A stretch of 64,000 bases of DNA, taken from contig NC_042997.1 in the NCBI RefSeq assembly GCF_006345805.1, positions 47,368,001 through 47,432,000 of the forward strand. Reading direction: 5' to 3'. Position numbers and translations under genes: made by a program. Positions within the stretch are counted from its first letter, which is position 1; every line of letters starts with the position of its first letter. This document shows positions 25,256 through 38,343 of this stretch, in pieces. Under the pieces are notes generated by a model, which did not search any database, was not told the origin of the DNA, and was given only the letters and a program-made list of their open reading frames with translations. This DNA is from Octopus sinensis (Eukaryota).

Positions 25256-25924
25256 GACATTTGATACTATGATTAACGGTGTTAATTAGTTTGGTCAACT
25301 TAAGCTGAGAAGCGAGTTTAGTAAGTGATAAAAACGTAAAGAAGACTGTTTCAATTCCCGATAAAGTACTGAGATTTACGGAGCTGGAAAGAAATTGTAG
25401 AAAGCCCGAAACTAAACTGAACGTATGCATGCATGTTTATTGGAACATTGATTAGCTAAAGAGCAAAACGCAGGAACTGCTGAATACCCTGAGAAAATAT
25501 AACCCTTCATGCAAGTAACGAGTTGTGTAAATCAACAAGGAGAGAAACGTAATTTCACCCCCCGCCCCCACAAAGAAATAAATGAAATGCTGGAATATAT
25601 AAATCAATTACAATTTGGGCTCCATATGAACTTGAAAAGGTGGTCAGCAGACGGTTGAAGTGTGTTATATACGTGTTAGTACGAGGTCGACGTAAAATAT
25701 TTTGCGCGAAAAAAGAATCAACAGAACGAAATTCAAAAAATCATCTGTTGTCCCCTAAATGCATTTGGAAGTCTACAGGTGAGTACTACAAACATACATA
25801 TAAAAATACACACACATACATATATATAAATATATCTATATATATATTTATATATGCACACACATACATACACACCCACACATACACACACACACACACA
25901 CATACACACACACATATTGATTCC

Positions 25925-26112
25925 TAATTTTGGCCAACAATTTCGGGGAGGGGATAAGTCGATTAAGTTGACCCCACTGTTCGACTGGTACTCATTTTAT
26001 CGACCCCGAAAGGGATGAAAGGCAAGTTCGATCTCGGCGGTATTTGAACTCAGAACAGAAAAGACAGACGAAATGCCGCTAGCATTTTGCCTAGGGTTCT
26101 AACGATTCTCCA
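25925..26112 (-). mobile_element. SINE family A (variant tail)
   Basis: actggtactcattttatcgaccccgaaag..atttgaactcagaac. Confidence 0.85.
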
Positions 26113-26373
26113 TACATATATATACACACACACACGTACTAACACACACATCAACATCCATTTAATGTATTTCTGCTGTGGTGGACTCCTCCAGACGAGA
26201 AGTGGGCTGGTTCACTACGTATAAATAGTAGATTGACACTGACAGTAACGTCGTTCTGCGAAAGTACGTTGTTCGGCGAAAGTACGTCGTTCATACCTAC
26301 AGTACACGACTTTCCATCCAAATTGTCCATCTCTCCACTCTTCAATACTCACTTTCTGTTTAGTTATCTATTT

Positions 26374-26446
26374 GCCAGATGGTGCTGTTAAGTCAGACAT
26401 GGCCTGGGCCAATACTGGCCAAAATCTTTCTAAGTTATTCTAAGTT
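26374..26446 (+). mobile_element. CR1-like LINE extreme 3' end
   Basis: Matches 59243-59315 including ggcca-atac-tggcc hairpin and ctaagttattctaagtt tail. Confidence 0.75.
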
Positions 26447-27334
26447 ATATAAAAGTTTCAAATAAATATTTTTCCCTCAGTCATATTCAAATCTCTCCCT
26501 TCTTTTCTCTTGTCCTTCCTTTCTTCTCCTCTTCATTTAAACTCTCGCACACAAGTCCCGTTCTTAGTTTTACACCATTTTTTTTTTTTTTACTTTTGCG
26601 AAATTCTCTTTTGCCAAGATAGTTAAGCCATTCTTGTGGCTCGTTAGATTGTGAGAGAAGAACCCTAAGCTTTCTGATAGCTGTAGTGGTAGTCTATTAT
26701 GCAAATGTGGCGTAATTGCATGATAACATGTAATCATATGAATTTTACGTGGGTTGATTATATTAATCAATGCAAAAACGCATTATACACGCACGCACAC
26801 AAAAAACACGTGCAAACACAAATATATGTATACATACAAGCATATATATATATATAGATATAGACGTGCGTTATAGATATGTATGCAAATATATGTATGT
26901 ATATATAATTATATATCAAGATATGTATGTAGACGCATACACAAACATAAATGCACACACATACACAAACACACGCACGCACACGCACACACACACACAC
27001 GCACGCAGATTGTAGCATGGAAATTATAACTCATACATAATTGTAGAATTGTTACAAAGGGTTAGTTTGAGTAAACGGTATCATATGCACATAAGGGGTA
27101 AAATATTGTGTCTTACAGCTGTTTCTAGAAGAGTTGTGCTTATGGTGCATATTTCAGCGAACAATATGCCTATTACATTACGACATAGTTTGCAAGTTTA
27201 TCTATAGTCAATATACTTATATATGTATGTGCGTATATGCATGCATGCATACATGCATGCGTACATACATACAAACATACGTACATACATACATACATAC
27301 AAACTTACATAAATACATATATATATATATATAC

Positions 27335-27482
27335 ACATGCTCGAAATACGGATTAGAAAAACAACTGATGAAGGGTCGTTTTTTTATGTTGCTTGTATTG
27401 TTTTCCATTTGTTTCTTTCTTCTTTCGGTCTTCACAAAAAATGTTCGTATTTCATGTTGTTTACGCTCTGTGACGTCCTGTG
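27335..27482 (+). mobile_element. Half copy of the MITE family seen at 38344-38620
   Basis: atgctcgaaat..actgatgaa..ttcgtatttcatgttgtttac..gtgacgtcctg resembles the right arm of 38344-38620. Confidence 0.6.
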
Positions 27483-27647
27483 CCTATATATGCATATGCA
27501 TATATATGTATATATAAGTATATATTATATATATGTATGTATATATACATATATTTTATTTATATATATATTTATATATATTATGTTATATATTATACAT
27601 AGGTATGTATATATTATATATGTATATATACATATATATAATATATA

Positions 27648-27679
<32 letters not shown>

Positions 27680-27681
27680 TT

Positions 27682-27731
<50 letters not shown>

Positions 27732-27772
27732 TATACCAATATATATAGATATATATATAGACGTAGCTTCTA

Positions 27773-28110
27773 CGGACTAGAAACTGTTTCATTCAAGAGA
27801 AATCTTCAGGAAGCTAGTAACAAGAATTGTATTGGCATTATACATTTAGGCAGGTTTAAAGGGGTGTTGGTGGGGGACTTTTTGGGGGTAGGCATAGCGA
27901 AAAAATCATATTGGCGGAGGGTCAAGGAGTCAGTGTTAAATTCTAATTAACCTGACCCTTACCACTCCCCCAAGTATGATTTTTGCGCTATGCATACCCC
28001 AAAAAGTCCCCCACCAACACCCTTTAAACCTGCCTAAATGTATAAATGCCAATACAATTCTTGTTAACTAGCTTCTGAAGATTTCTCTGAATGAAACAGT
28101 TCTAGTCCTG
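27773..28110. mobile_element. Fold-back MITE (338 bp) with TA target duplication
   Basis: Arms ~27773-27925 and ~27970-28110 are reverse complements with only small indels; termini ta|c(a)ggactag..ctagtcctg|ta. Confidence 0.8.
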
Positions 28111-28200
28111 TAAAGCGCCTTCTATATAATAAATTAATTTTACTCTGCTATGTATTGAGTACTGTTATGTGTTAACCCCGAATCAAACCCGGGACCTACA

Positions 28201-28260
<60 letters not shown>

Positions 28261-28261
<1 letters not shown>

Positions 28262-29907
28262 TAAGAGTATCGCCGGCGTGGCTCGGGTTGTTGTTTCGAC
28301 CCGCTGAAATTGTAATTTTGAAAGTAAAAATTTTTGTGAAACATCTTTCTGGTCGAATACACCGAACGCGACACAGCAGTGAAAAAATGTAATAAAAAAT
28401 AGCGATTTCATAGCATAGAAAAAGCATCTTTGTGATGTAAATAATTTTTGGGTGTTAACATGGTCCGATTTGAATTTTGTTCTACGGAAGGAAGAGCAAC
28501 CCTTCTTCTTACCATACTCTCAATTTGGTCAAATTGCGGCGCAGGGTCTCGGAGGGATAGTGTTAGTTGAAGGTTAGATTCTAGGTGCCTGAGTATCAAC
28601 CTCGCGGATTTACAGATAAATGAATTAATTATAATTTACAGATATAAATTAAATATCTTGAAAATTAATTAATATTAATATTCTTTGAACAAAGTAAATA
28701 ATTTTTAAAACGTAAATACTAATTTTTTTTTACACAAACGCGAACGGGGAAAAGGGGGTGGCGAATTCGATTTACATACCTAATTTTTTCTTTTCATAAC
28801 ATTGTAGCAAATAGTAGTGAAGTTATATAAATACCAGCAGTACATTTTTTTTCTGGGGTATTTTTTTTCAACCTAGTTACATATTTGCCCCTTTCAATTT
28901 AAACAAAGTCTTAATTAAGCAATTACGGCAGCTTAGCAATGGTTTCAATTACATGCGTGACAGTGTATCTCAATGTTCAAAACCCTTCGAATTTTTCGCA
29001 CGTGATGTATCATAGTGAAAACTTTCAATTACGCGCGCTTAGAAGTACGCTGGCAAATATACTACCAAAATTTTGAAGTTCGCGCTCCGATTGTGTGTGT
29101 TGTGTGTGCGTGCTTTAGGTGTACGTAGTAGATGTGTTTTTGTGGTGTGTGTGTTGTCACGAGCCATACATACATATATAACATACATAAACCTCTCTCT
29201 CCTTTTTCTCTCTCAGTCACTCACTACAAAAAGTGAATAAAAAAAGTTCAGTTATTTCTGTATTTCACTCCTGTCTGTCTCTTACACACACTAACAAAAG
29301 CACTCACTTACAAACACACTTTCTGTGTCGCACAAACCCATCAAACACACACAACACACACACACACACACACACTCACGCACGCACACATGTACATCAA
29401 TGCTTTCGGAGTGAAATGTTAAAATATTGATTTTTCTCGAATTTGTCTTATTGGGGGTAAAATGAAGAAAATATTATATGGCATGACCGAAATGGAGTAC
29501 TTTGAAAATCTTAGGAAACTTAATTGAAGAAATTGTGGGAGGAGAAATCGTTATGTATTTATTTGTTTCTGTTTGCCTTTGTTTGTTTTTTATTTTTGAG
29601 TAGTGGTTATAACTTTCAGTTTAAGTCTTCCTCAATCACTCTGTCGCTATTTACTTTCATTTTATTCGTTGCACACTGTGTTGTGCGTGTCGTGTGGTGT
29701 AAACCACATTAAAAAGCATTGACATACACACCCAGAATGTGAGTTTTCTGTAAAATTTGCTTAATTGAGTTTAAATTTTAAAAACTGGACCTGCATGACC
29801 CGAGCATCTACTCTTAAAATGCTATGGTAAATTGTAATGAAGAAATCCTATATTGTAGTTTCTATAGTTACAAAGGGGGCAGATAAAATCTGCCTTTTAT
29901 AATAAGA
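28261..29907 (-). mobile_element. Probable longer non-autonomous Helitron derivative (or two fragments)
   Basis: 3'-type end at 28261 (minus: CCCGAGCCACGCCGG hairpin..TTAG|T, homologous to 17609 end); 5'-type end A|TCTTATTATAAAAGG at 29907; interior not verified as one element. Confidence 0.45.
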
Positions 29908-29944
29908 TATATAGATATATATATATATATATATATTATAATAT

Positions 29945-29955
29945 ATAGGGAGAGA

Positions 29956-30047
<92 letters not shown>

Positions 30048-30070
30048 AGATAGACAGACAGAGAGACAGA
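29945..30070. repeat. (GA)n/(GATA)n microsatellite
   Basis: direct reading. Confidence 0.95.
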
Positions 30071-30624
30071 TAAATTTCATGCAAGTCAAGTATTGATTAT
30101 AAAGTATAAAGATATCTATTTTGATATCGGAAGTTTATAGATATCGTAGCACATATCTAACAACACGGTCATGGAAAGAGGAATGAAATTCAAACTAGTA
30201 GGGCCTATACGATTCTAGGAAACGAAATTTATACGCAGTCCTAAAATACAATACCACGAAAACTTATCAATGCTCGCCTATGCGTAGCCTTGGGAAACGT
30301 TTCCATGTTCACAAAGCTTCAAATGTTCGATGTACAGATGCTTCTACTTTGATCCTCACACGATTTCATTGTAAATGATTCCTTTGCTTGGTAGATATGT
30401 ATACTTGAAAGAGGTTAGATGTGAAGCACCATGTTTTACGATCAGTTACATTCCATGACACACATTGCAGTTCTTTCACACTTTCTTCTTTTCTACATCT
30501 TTACGATATCCCAGTTGACCAAATGCATATGAGTAAGATTTCATAGAGGAGTATCACTGCGGAATCCCATTCTCACACATTCAAACTCCCGCTCTTACTC
30601 TCTACCATCTCGTCTCCAATAGAA

Positions 30625-30809
30625 ATGCATACATACATCTATGCGGTGTGTGTATATACATACACACATACACACACACATATATATATTATATATATAT
30701 ATCTATATTATATATATATATATATATATGTATTATATAATATGTATATATATATGTATATATATATATGTATATGTATGTATGTATATACACACACACG
30801 CATATTATA

Positions 30810-30860
<51 letters not shown>

Positions 30861-30952
30861 AAATATACATATGTATTATATGTTACGTACATATATATTT
30901 ATTATAATAATGTATATGTATATGTATGTGTATATGTACATGTATATATATG

Positions 30953-30985
<33 letters not shown>

Positions 30986-31102
30986 CACGTGTATGTATAG
31001 ATATATAATATATATATGTGTGTATATATTATATTATTTTACGTATATATACATATACACACACACATATACAGACAGACAGACAAACTCACACACACAT
31101 AC

Positions 31103-31133
<31 letters not shown>

Positions 31134-31160
31134 TATATAATATATATATATATATATAAA
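30625..31160. repeat. Compound (TA)n/(CA)n/(TATG)n low-complexity block
   Basis: direct reading. Confidence 0.9.
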
Positions 31161-33243
31161 AAACAGATTGAGAGAGAAGGGAAGATTGAGGTAGAAATAG
31201 ACCCCACATATGTACACGTGAGGGAGCACATGTGTATGCTGTGTGTGCTTTGCATGAGCGTTCCTGGTCGTGTCTAAGCTTATGCTAACATGTTTTATAC
31301 TCTTGTATGGCGTTGTCTGGTGACGTTCGTTTGTTGTTGATATATTGACATTGTTGCTGTTACTGGTAGTAGTGTTGCTTTTGTTTTTAGTGTTGGTGGT
31401 TGTGGGGTCGGTCGGCGGCGGTGTTTATAGTGCTGGTGGTGCTGGCTGTGCTGATAGTTTTTTGGGGTGGTTGATGGTGTTGATTATGTTGCTAGTGCTG
31501 GAAATGAAAAACGAAACCGATTCAAATGCGAGTTATTTTTACGAGACCTGATTTATCTGCAACTCGGCTCAGACATAACAAAATATATTAACCTTATCTT
31601 TCCGAATTTAGCTACATTTCCGTTAGTAGTTTTCCTTCATATTCTGCCAGAAAAGACTGTTTGAATAAGACAGACAGACATGTATGTGTGTGTGGGTGTA
31701 TATATATAATATATATATATCTATATAATATATATTATAATATATATATATATATGTATGTATGTATATGTAATAGATAGATAGATAGATAGACAGACAG
31801 AGAGTCAGACAGACAGAGACAGACAGACAGATAGATAGATATATATATATAGGTAGATAGATATAGGTAGATAGATAGATATAGGTAGGTAGATAGATAC
31901 GTACATACATACATAGAAGGGGAGAGAGTGAGAGAGTTATAGAGAGAAGGGGAGAGAGAAAGGGATACAATGACAGAGAGAGAGAAATTTGTGGATGAGA
32001 GAGGGTAACAAACATATACTCAACGCACACAAAGACATGCATACACGCGCGCACACACGCACACACACACGCACACACACATAAAGATATGCGTATCTGA
32101 GAGAACGAGCGTGGGAGAGGGAGTAAAAGAGGGAGAGAGAGTAGAAGAGGGAGAGAGGGAGAAAGCGACAAGTAGGGAAATGTAAACAGTAGAATAAAAG
32201 GAGAGAGTAAACAGAAAAAAACAAAAAAAAAAAACAAAAAGAAGAAAGGTGAAAATACACATCGACTGTAATAAACAAACGTAAGATTTCTTAGCAAAAT
32301 AATAGTATTCGTTGTCAGGCAACCTTTTAACTTTCATTTATCACCGTTGTTTATTCCGAAGAATTTTGTTTTATTTTTACGCCTTATTTTTATATTATTT
32401 TGTTTTACTTATCTATTCTTGGAATGCTCTTTGATACTCAGCATATCCAAAGTAAATTGTGACTAAGAAGATTACTGAAATAGTTTCTTTGACACCTTCA
32501 ATAAACTTCCAAAAATGTCATTTCTTAATACTTAGGAAGGGTCTTTTTTTTTAAATTTTATTTTGATGTTTCTTCTGGAGTTTTTTTTTTTCCTATTTTT
32601 TCTTTTTCCTATTCGTAGTTTACCGGTTCCCCATTAATATTCGAAGTGTAGTATTCGCTAATTTAATACTCCACATTTATTGTATCACTTACTTAAGAAG
32701 TTTCACTCACCAACTCTCAAAATTTCCATCACTTTCAATATCTCTTTCATAAACTCACTCTCTCTCTCTCACTCACTTTCTCTCCCTCTCCCCCTAACTC
32801 ATATAATCACTCATACGTGTCTCTTTCTTACTGATTCTTAAATATGTTTTAGTTCTGTTTGTCGGTGACTCATCTAGGCACGTACGCTATCACGAACTAT
32901 TAGTGTTATTCCACCAGTCAATCTTACTTTCTCTCTTATTTCTTGACTCCTTGTTTCTTTCTTTCTTTCTCTCCTCCTTTCTTTGTTTGTTTCTTTCTCT
33001 CTTTTTATTTTTTCTTTCTTTTCTCTCCCATTCTGCTATATATAGAAACACTGACTACAGCTCTCCCTTTATTCTCCAGACTAACACGGATTATATTTTC
33101 GTTTTAGCATATCGCTTCCGGAGGATCCTTGACTCTCATTCCTTGACGGCTGTAATAGCCAGCAGGCATCAGTTTTCCTTCTCTGGAATAAAATTTCTTT
33201 AGGACTTCATTCTTATGATATTTAATCGAGTGGCTGTGTGATA

Positions 33244-33391
33244 GGCGCAGGAGTAGCTTGCTTACCAACCACATGGCTCCGGGTTCAGTCCCACTGCGTG
33301 GCACCTTGGGCAAGTGTCTTCTACTATAGCCTCGGGTCGACCAAAGCCTTGTGAGTTAATTTGGTAGACGGGTACTGAAAGAATCCCGTCG
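33244..33391 (+). mobile_element. SINE family B 5' half
   Basis: ggcgcaggagtagcttgcttaccaaccacatgg..gcaccttgggcaagtgtc.., ends at the internal (TA)n. Confidence 0.9.
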
Positions 33392-33424
33392 TATATATGT
33401 ATATACATACATATATATATATAT

Positions 33425-33630
33425 CTTTTACTCTTTCACTTGTTTCAGTCATTTGACTGCGGCCATGCTGGAGCACCGCCTTTAATTGAGCAACTCGACC
33501 CCGGGACTTATTCTTTTGTAAGCCCAGTACTTATTCTATCGGTCTCTTTTGCCGAACCGCTAAGTAACGGGGACATAAACACACCAGCATCGGTTGTCAA
33601 GCAATGCTAGGGGGACAAACACAAACACAT

Positions 33631-33671
<41 letters not shown>

Positions 33672-33830
33672 TACGACGGGCTTCTTTCAGTTTCCGTCTA
33701 CAAAATCCACTCACAAGGCTTTGGTTGGCCCGAGGCTATAGTAGAAGACACTTGCCCAAGGTACCACGCAGTGGGACTGAACCCGGAACCCTGTGGTTGG
33801 TAAACAAGCTACTTACCACACAGCCACTCC
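33425..33830 (-). mobile_element. SINE family B, near full length
   Basis: Reverse complement of 43031-43429. Confidence 0.92.
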
Positions 33831-33900
33831 TATATATAAAGTATTTCCCTTTGTCATATTTCTCTAAATGCATATAAGTATATTACCATATATATATATA

Positions 33901-34689
33901 TGCACACACACACACAGACTCATACATGAGAGGTGCGGGATGGAGTCCCATGCGTACAGAAAACCCAATTTTTACCGCCGAGGGCTTGTAAGCCCCAATA
34001 CTTGACTAATTTCTTTAGTCAATATGCGATGATCGCTTATGAGTTTTAGATTTAGAAATATTCTTTCTATTTACAGAACTGTCATTCGTAACCGCTTCTC
34101 TATTTATCGCACAAATGTATATATGTATATATATATAATTAAATAAAAAAAACATATGCATATATACATACATATATGCACGTACCTACGTCTATATGTA
34201 TATATATACATGCATATATGGGTACAGGACACCAAAAAAACGTCGAACACAATGAGAAACGAAAACATAAACACAAAACCGAGGAAACGGACATTTTTTA
34301 AACAACGGAAAATGTCCATTTCCTCGGTTTTTTGTTTATGTTTTCGTTTCTCATTGTGTTCGACGTTTTTTTGGTGTCCTGTACCCATATATGCATGTAG
34401 AGGTAGGTACGTACATATATGTATGTATATATGCATATGTTTTATTTATTTAATTATATATATATACATATATACATTTGTGTGATAAATAGAGAAGCGG
34501 TTACGAATGACAGTTCCGTAAATGGAAAGAATATTTCTAAATCTAAAACTGATAAGCGATCATCGCATATTGACTAAAGAAATTAGTCAAGTATTGGGGC
34601 TTATAAGCCCTCGGCGGTAAAAATTGGGTTTTCTGTACGCATGGGACTCCATCCAGCACCTCCCATGTATGAGTCTGTGTGTGTGTGTG

Positions 34690-34697
<8 letters not shown>
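33901..34697. repeat. ~800-bp inverted duplication (fold-back palindrome), 11-nt loop
   Basis: Arms 33901-34297 and 34309-34697; about a dozen substitutions and one ~14-bp indel by eye. Confidence 0.95.
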
Positions 34698-34728
<31 letters not shown>

Positions 34729-34765
34729 GATATATATATATATCATATATATATATATATATATA

Positions 34766-34975
34766 TAGTTAATCCAAACAAGAAAGCACAAAAAAACAAC
34801 AACACGCGAGGACGTGGAACAAATATAGTATTATGGACGCTCAGGAAAGAAGAAAGGAGGAGGGTTTAACGTTCGAGTGGAGCTCTTTGTTGGAAACATA
34901 GGAGAAGGAAAGATCCAGAGAAGGCAAGACAGAGGGAAAAAATCGCCAACGGTACAGACGAGGTCACATTTTGAA
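34766..34975 (-). mobile_element. Penelope-like terminal-repeat relic with dead hammerhead motif (34864-34897)
   Basis: Reverse complement of 10283-10452; core decayed to CCAACAA and GAAA lost one A. Confidence 0.65.
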
Positions 34976-35059
34976 AGACCGGAGGGAAAAGGGTGAAGAA
35001 AGATGTTTTCAAAGACAGAAGAGTAGTATTGTCAAAGACAACAGAATGGTAGGAGGGGG

Positions 35060-35762
35060 AATGTGTGTGAAGGTGTGGATATGTGCGTGCGCGGTGGTCT
35101 GCGTGTGCGCGCGTGTGTGTGTGTGTGTGTGTGCAATGATGACACGTGTGCGTCTGCGTGTGTTTGTGTATGTGTGTGTGGTTGTAGCTATAAACAAAGG
35201 GCTAGTAGTAAGGCAGGCTAGTTTGTAAGGCTAGTAGAATAAGGAGTGGTGTTTTTGTCCCTGCCACAGGGTCAGTCCTGTTCCTTTGAATTATGTGTGT
35301 GTGTGCGTGTATGTATATGTATGGTGTGTGTGTTTTGTTTGTAGTGTGTGTGTGTGTATGCGTAGAGTTTGGGTGTGTGGCGAATAACTGTCCTATACTT
35401 AGTGTATGTGTGCGTGTGTGCTTGTACGTGCGTATGTGTGTGTGTCTGTGCCTACATGTGTATACGTATGTATATGTGTGTGTGCGCGTGTAGGCATATA
35501 TTGTGTGTATGTATATGTATCGGAATGTATGTGAATTTGTGTATGCGTGTGTGTACGTGTGTGGGGGGTTGAGTTGTGTGGGCGTAATGTGCGTGCGTGT
35601 GCTTGGGTGCGTGTGTGCGCTTACGTGCGTGTATGTGTGTGTGTCTGTGCCCATGTGTGTATAAATGTGTGCGTATCTGTATGAGTATTGTTTGTTGGAG
35701 GTATATGTGGGCATCTGTGCTGGTGTGTGTGTTTGTACGTGTGTATGTGTGTGCACGTATTG

Positions 35763-35813
<51 letters not shown>

Positions 35814-36058
35814 ACGTGCGTGCGAGTGATTGTATATATACATGTGCGTGTGTGTACAAATGTAGAGGTTTATATGTGTGTATATATATGTATGCAAGCA
35901 CACACGTTATAATTGAAAGATTGATGGGAAAAAAATTGGTGTGGGTGTATGTGAATACACAGGCACATACATACACTGACGCACGCCTGCAATACAGCCA
36001 ACCCCATATATATGTATGCATGTATGTATGTATGTATGTATGTATGTATATATGTATG

Positions 36059-36092
<34 letters not shown>

Positions 36093-36098
36093 TGTATG

Positions 36099-36132
<34 letters not shown>

Positions 36133-36612
36133 TGTATGTATGTATGTATGTATGTGTGTATGCATGTATGTGTATATGTGTGTGTGAATGTATGCGTATG
36201 TGTGTGTGTGTGGGGGGGGAGTTGTGTGGGCGTAATGTACATGCATGTGCTTGTGTGCGTGTGTGCTACGTGCGTGTATGTGTGTGTGTGTCTCTGCCCA
36301 CGTGTGTATAAGTGTGTGCGTATCTGTATGAGTATTGTTTGTTGGAGGTATATGTGGGCATCTGTGCTGGTGTGTGTGTATGTACGTGTGTATGTGTGTG
36401 TGTGCGTGTATTGTGTGCGTGTGTGTGTGACCGTGGAGATGTGTGTTATGTTGTGTTCATTTTAATGTGTGTACGCGCGTGTGCTTGAGTATGTGAGTGT
36501 ATGTGGCTATGTGTACGTTTATGTGTGTGTGTCTAAAGATATGTGTCTAAAGGTTTTGTGTCTGTGTATGCTGGATATATATATATATAAACATATATAT
36601 ATATATATATAT

Positions 36613-36654
<42 letters not shown>

Positions 36655-36740
36655 ATATATATATATTATGTGTGTGTGTGTGTGTGTGTGTTGTGTATGT
36701 GTGCGTGTGTGTGTATGTATGTATGTATGTATGTATATCG
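35060..36740. repeat. (GT)/(TATG)-rich block with ~200-bp direct duplication
   Basis: gagttgtgtgggcgtaatgt..gagtattgtttgttggaggtatatgtgggcatctgtgctgg at ~35570-35770 and ~36218-36400. Confidence 0.9.
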
Positions 36741-37283
36741 TCTGTAAAAACAAATCCGAAAAATGAAGCACCCTCTAAGTTATAGAGCAGTATATATTAA
36801 AGTCAGATAAGACCGGTTTGGGGATTACTTTAGGTTTCACATTCATAAGGGGCTTAGCTTTATGGCATATCATCAGATCTGAAGACCTGTTGGCTTCTCT
36901 AGCGAATTACCTATCTAGATTATGGAAGAGGAAAAGTTCCCTGCTATTCACTGTCAATAAAGGGGATTGTCTCCCTTTGGCTATCATTTGCTGGTGACCC
37001 TGCCATCCTGTGGGTTTCCACTAGGCAGTTCAGGAGTTAAGAATGTTCCGTGGGTAGAAGGAACCCTTATATATATATATATATATATATACAACTAAAA
37101 ATAAGGGTGTCTGAGAAACACCACCATGACGAAACAGGAAACAGCAGTCAAAACCCTGACTCTAAGAACCACGTTAAATGTTCATATCGCACCATGAGAT
37201 AAGACAGAGGGACAAAATAGACTAACAAAAAATATTACTGAATATATTACTGAATATCGATATTATCCTTATTTATAAATTTA

Positions 37284-37313
<30 letters not shown>

Positions 37314-37314
<1 letters not shown>

Positions 37315-37415
37315 GCTTTCTTTTCGTTTCCATCTGCCTAACCCACTCTATAATAGAAGACACTTGCCCAAGGTACCACGCAGTGGAACTGAACTCAAAA
37401 TCATGTGGCTGGGGA
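37314..37415 (-). mobile_element. SINE family B 5' fragment
   Basis: tagaagacacttgcccaaggtaccacgcagtgg. Confidence 0.8.
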
Positions 37416-37934
37416 GATGTTATCGTTTCTTTTATATTTTATGTCTTTCAGTCATTGAGGAAAGGACAAGCTGGGCACCACCTTTATGGGTTTAGTAGAA
37501 TAAATCTTAACCTGGACAAATTTTTAGAATTTAAGGCTTAACGCTTAATCTAAGATAAGTTAGAAATGCTTCGGCTAAAGATCAGCTTAACTTAATAGTA
37601 CCACCTGATATAATCTGTGAAGTCATTTTTAAGTCAAGTTTTGTGGTATCATGGCCCATTCAATTAGGTAGTTATTATCGACTGTGACGTATCCTGGAAC
37701 AGGTAGCTTAACTGATATCCCTTGTAATAACTTTGTCCAAGTTTCGCTTGAAAGTGATGAGGTCTTTTTCTTTTTTGATTTGTTTTGGGATAATGTTAAA
37801 TTGAGCAGGGCCCGTTGAGGAAAATACATTGTGTTGCAATCATTTTATGTGTTATGAGGCTGAATTGTGCAGGTGGCTTATAGCCCGTAGCCCCAGGCTT
37901 GGATAAATTCTGAATCTGATGTTAACATTGTTTG

Positions 37935-38100
37935 GTCAACGTTCGTAGTATATTCCCCACACTATGCAAATGATCTGCACTGACGGCGGCACTGGAGATA
38001 ATAAAGTTTCAACGTTTTAAAGCGGTCCCAACAATCAAGGTCACTTATGCCTTTTATGTTTTCGGTGTTAGTTCTGTAGGGCGACACAATTCTCGTAACG
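37935..38100 (-). mobile_element. CR1-like LINE ORF2 relic (post-RT region)
   Basis: IKGISDLDCWDRFKTLKLYYLQCRRQ resembles CR1-clade 'L.YWERLK.LKLYSL.RRRER'. Confidence 0.7.
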
Positions 38101-38343
38101 TTTTTTTTTTTTTGCTGTGGAGAGACTAAAGGGGGCAGCAGTTTTCTAGGCGTGGCCGTACAAAGAACAAAAGAAAAATTATTGCAGCGGCCTTTCATGT
38201 GTGCATGTGTGTGTGTGTGTATGTGTGTGTGTGTGTGATTCGAAACATAATATTTGTATATATAAACTTGCATGGAAATGGACGCGTCGCGTTCAATTAT
38301 ATATATATATATATACATACATATACATATGCATATATGAATA

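Noticed and set aside
28068-28106. CUGAAGA..GAAAC-a-GUU hammerhead-like string in the MITE arm
   Set aside because: Helix I needs a 3-nt insertion before the core, helix II has no closing pair, and the other arm does not preserve pairing.
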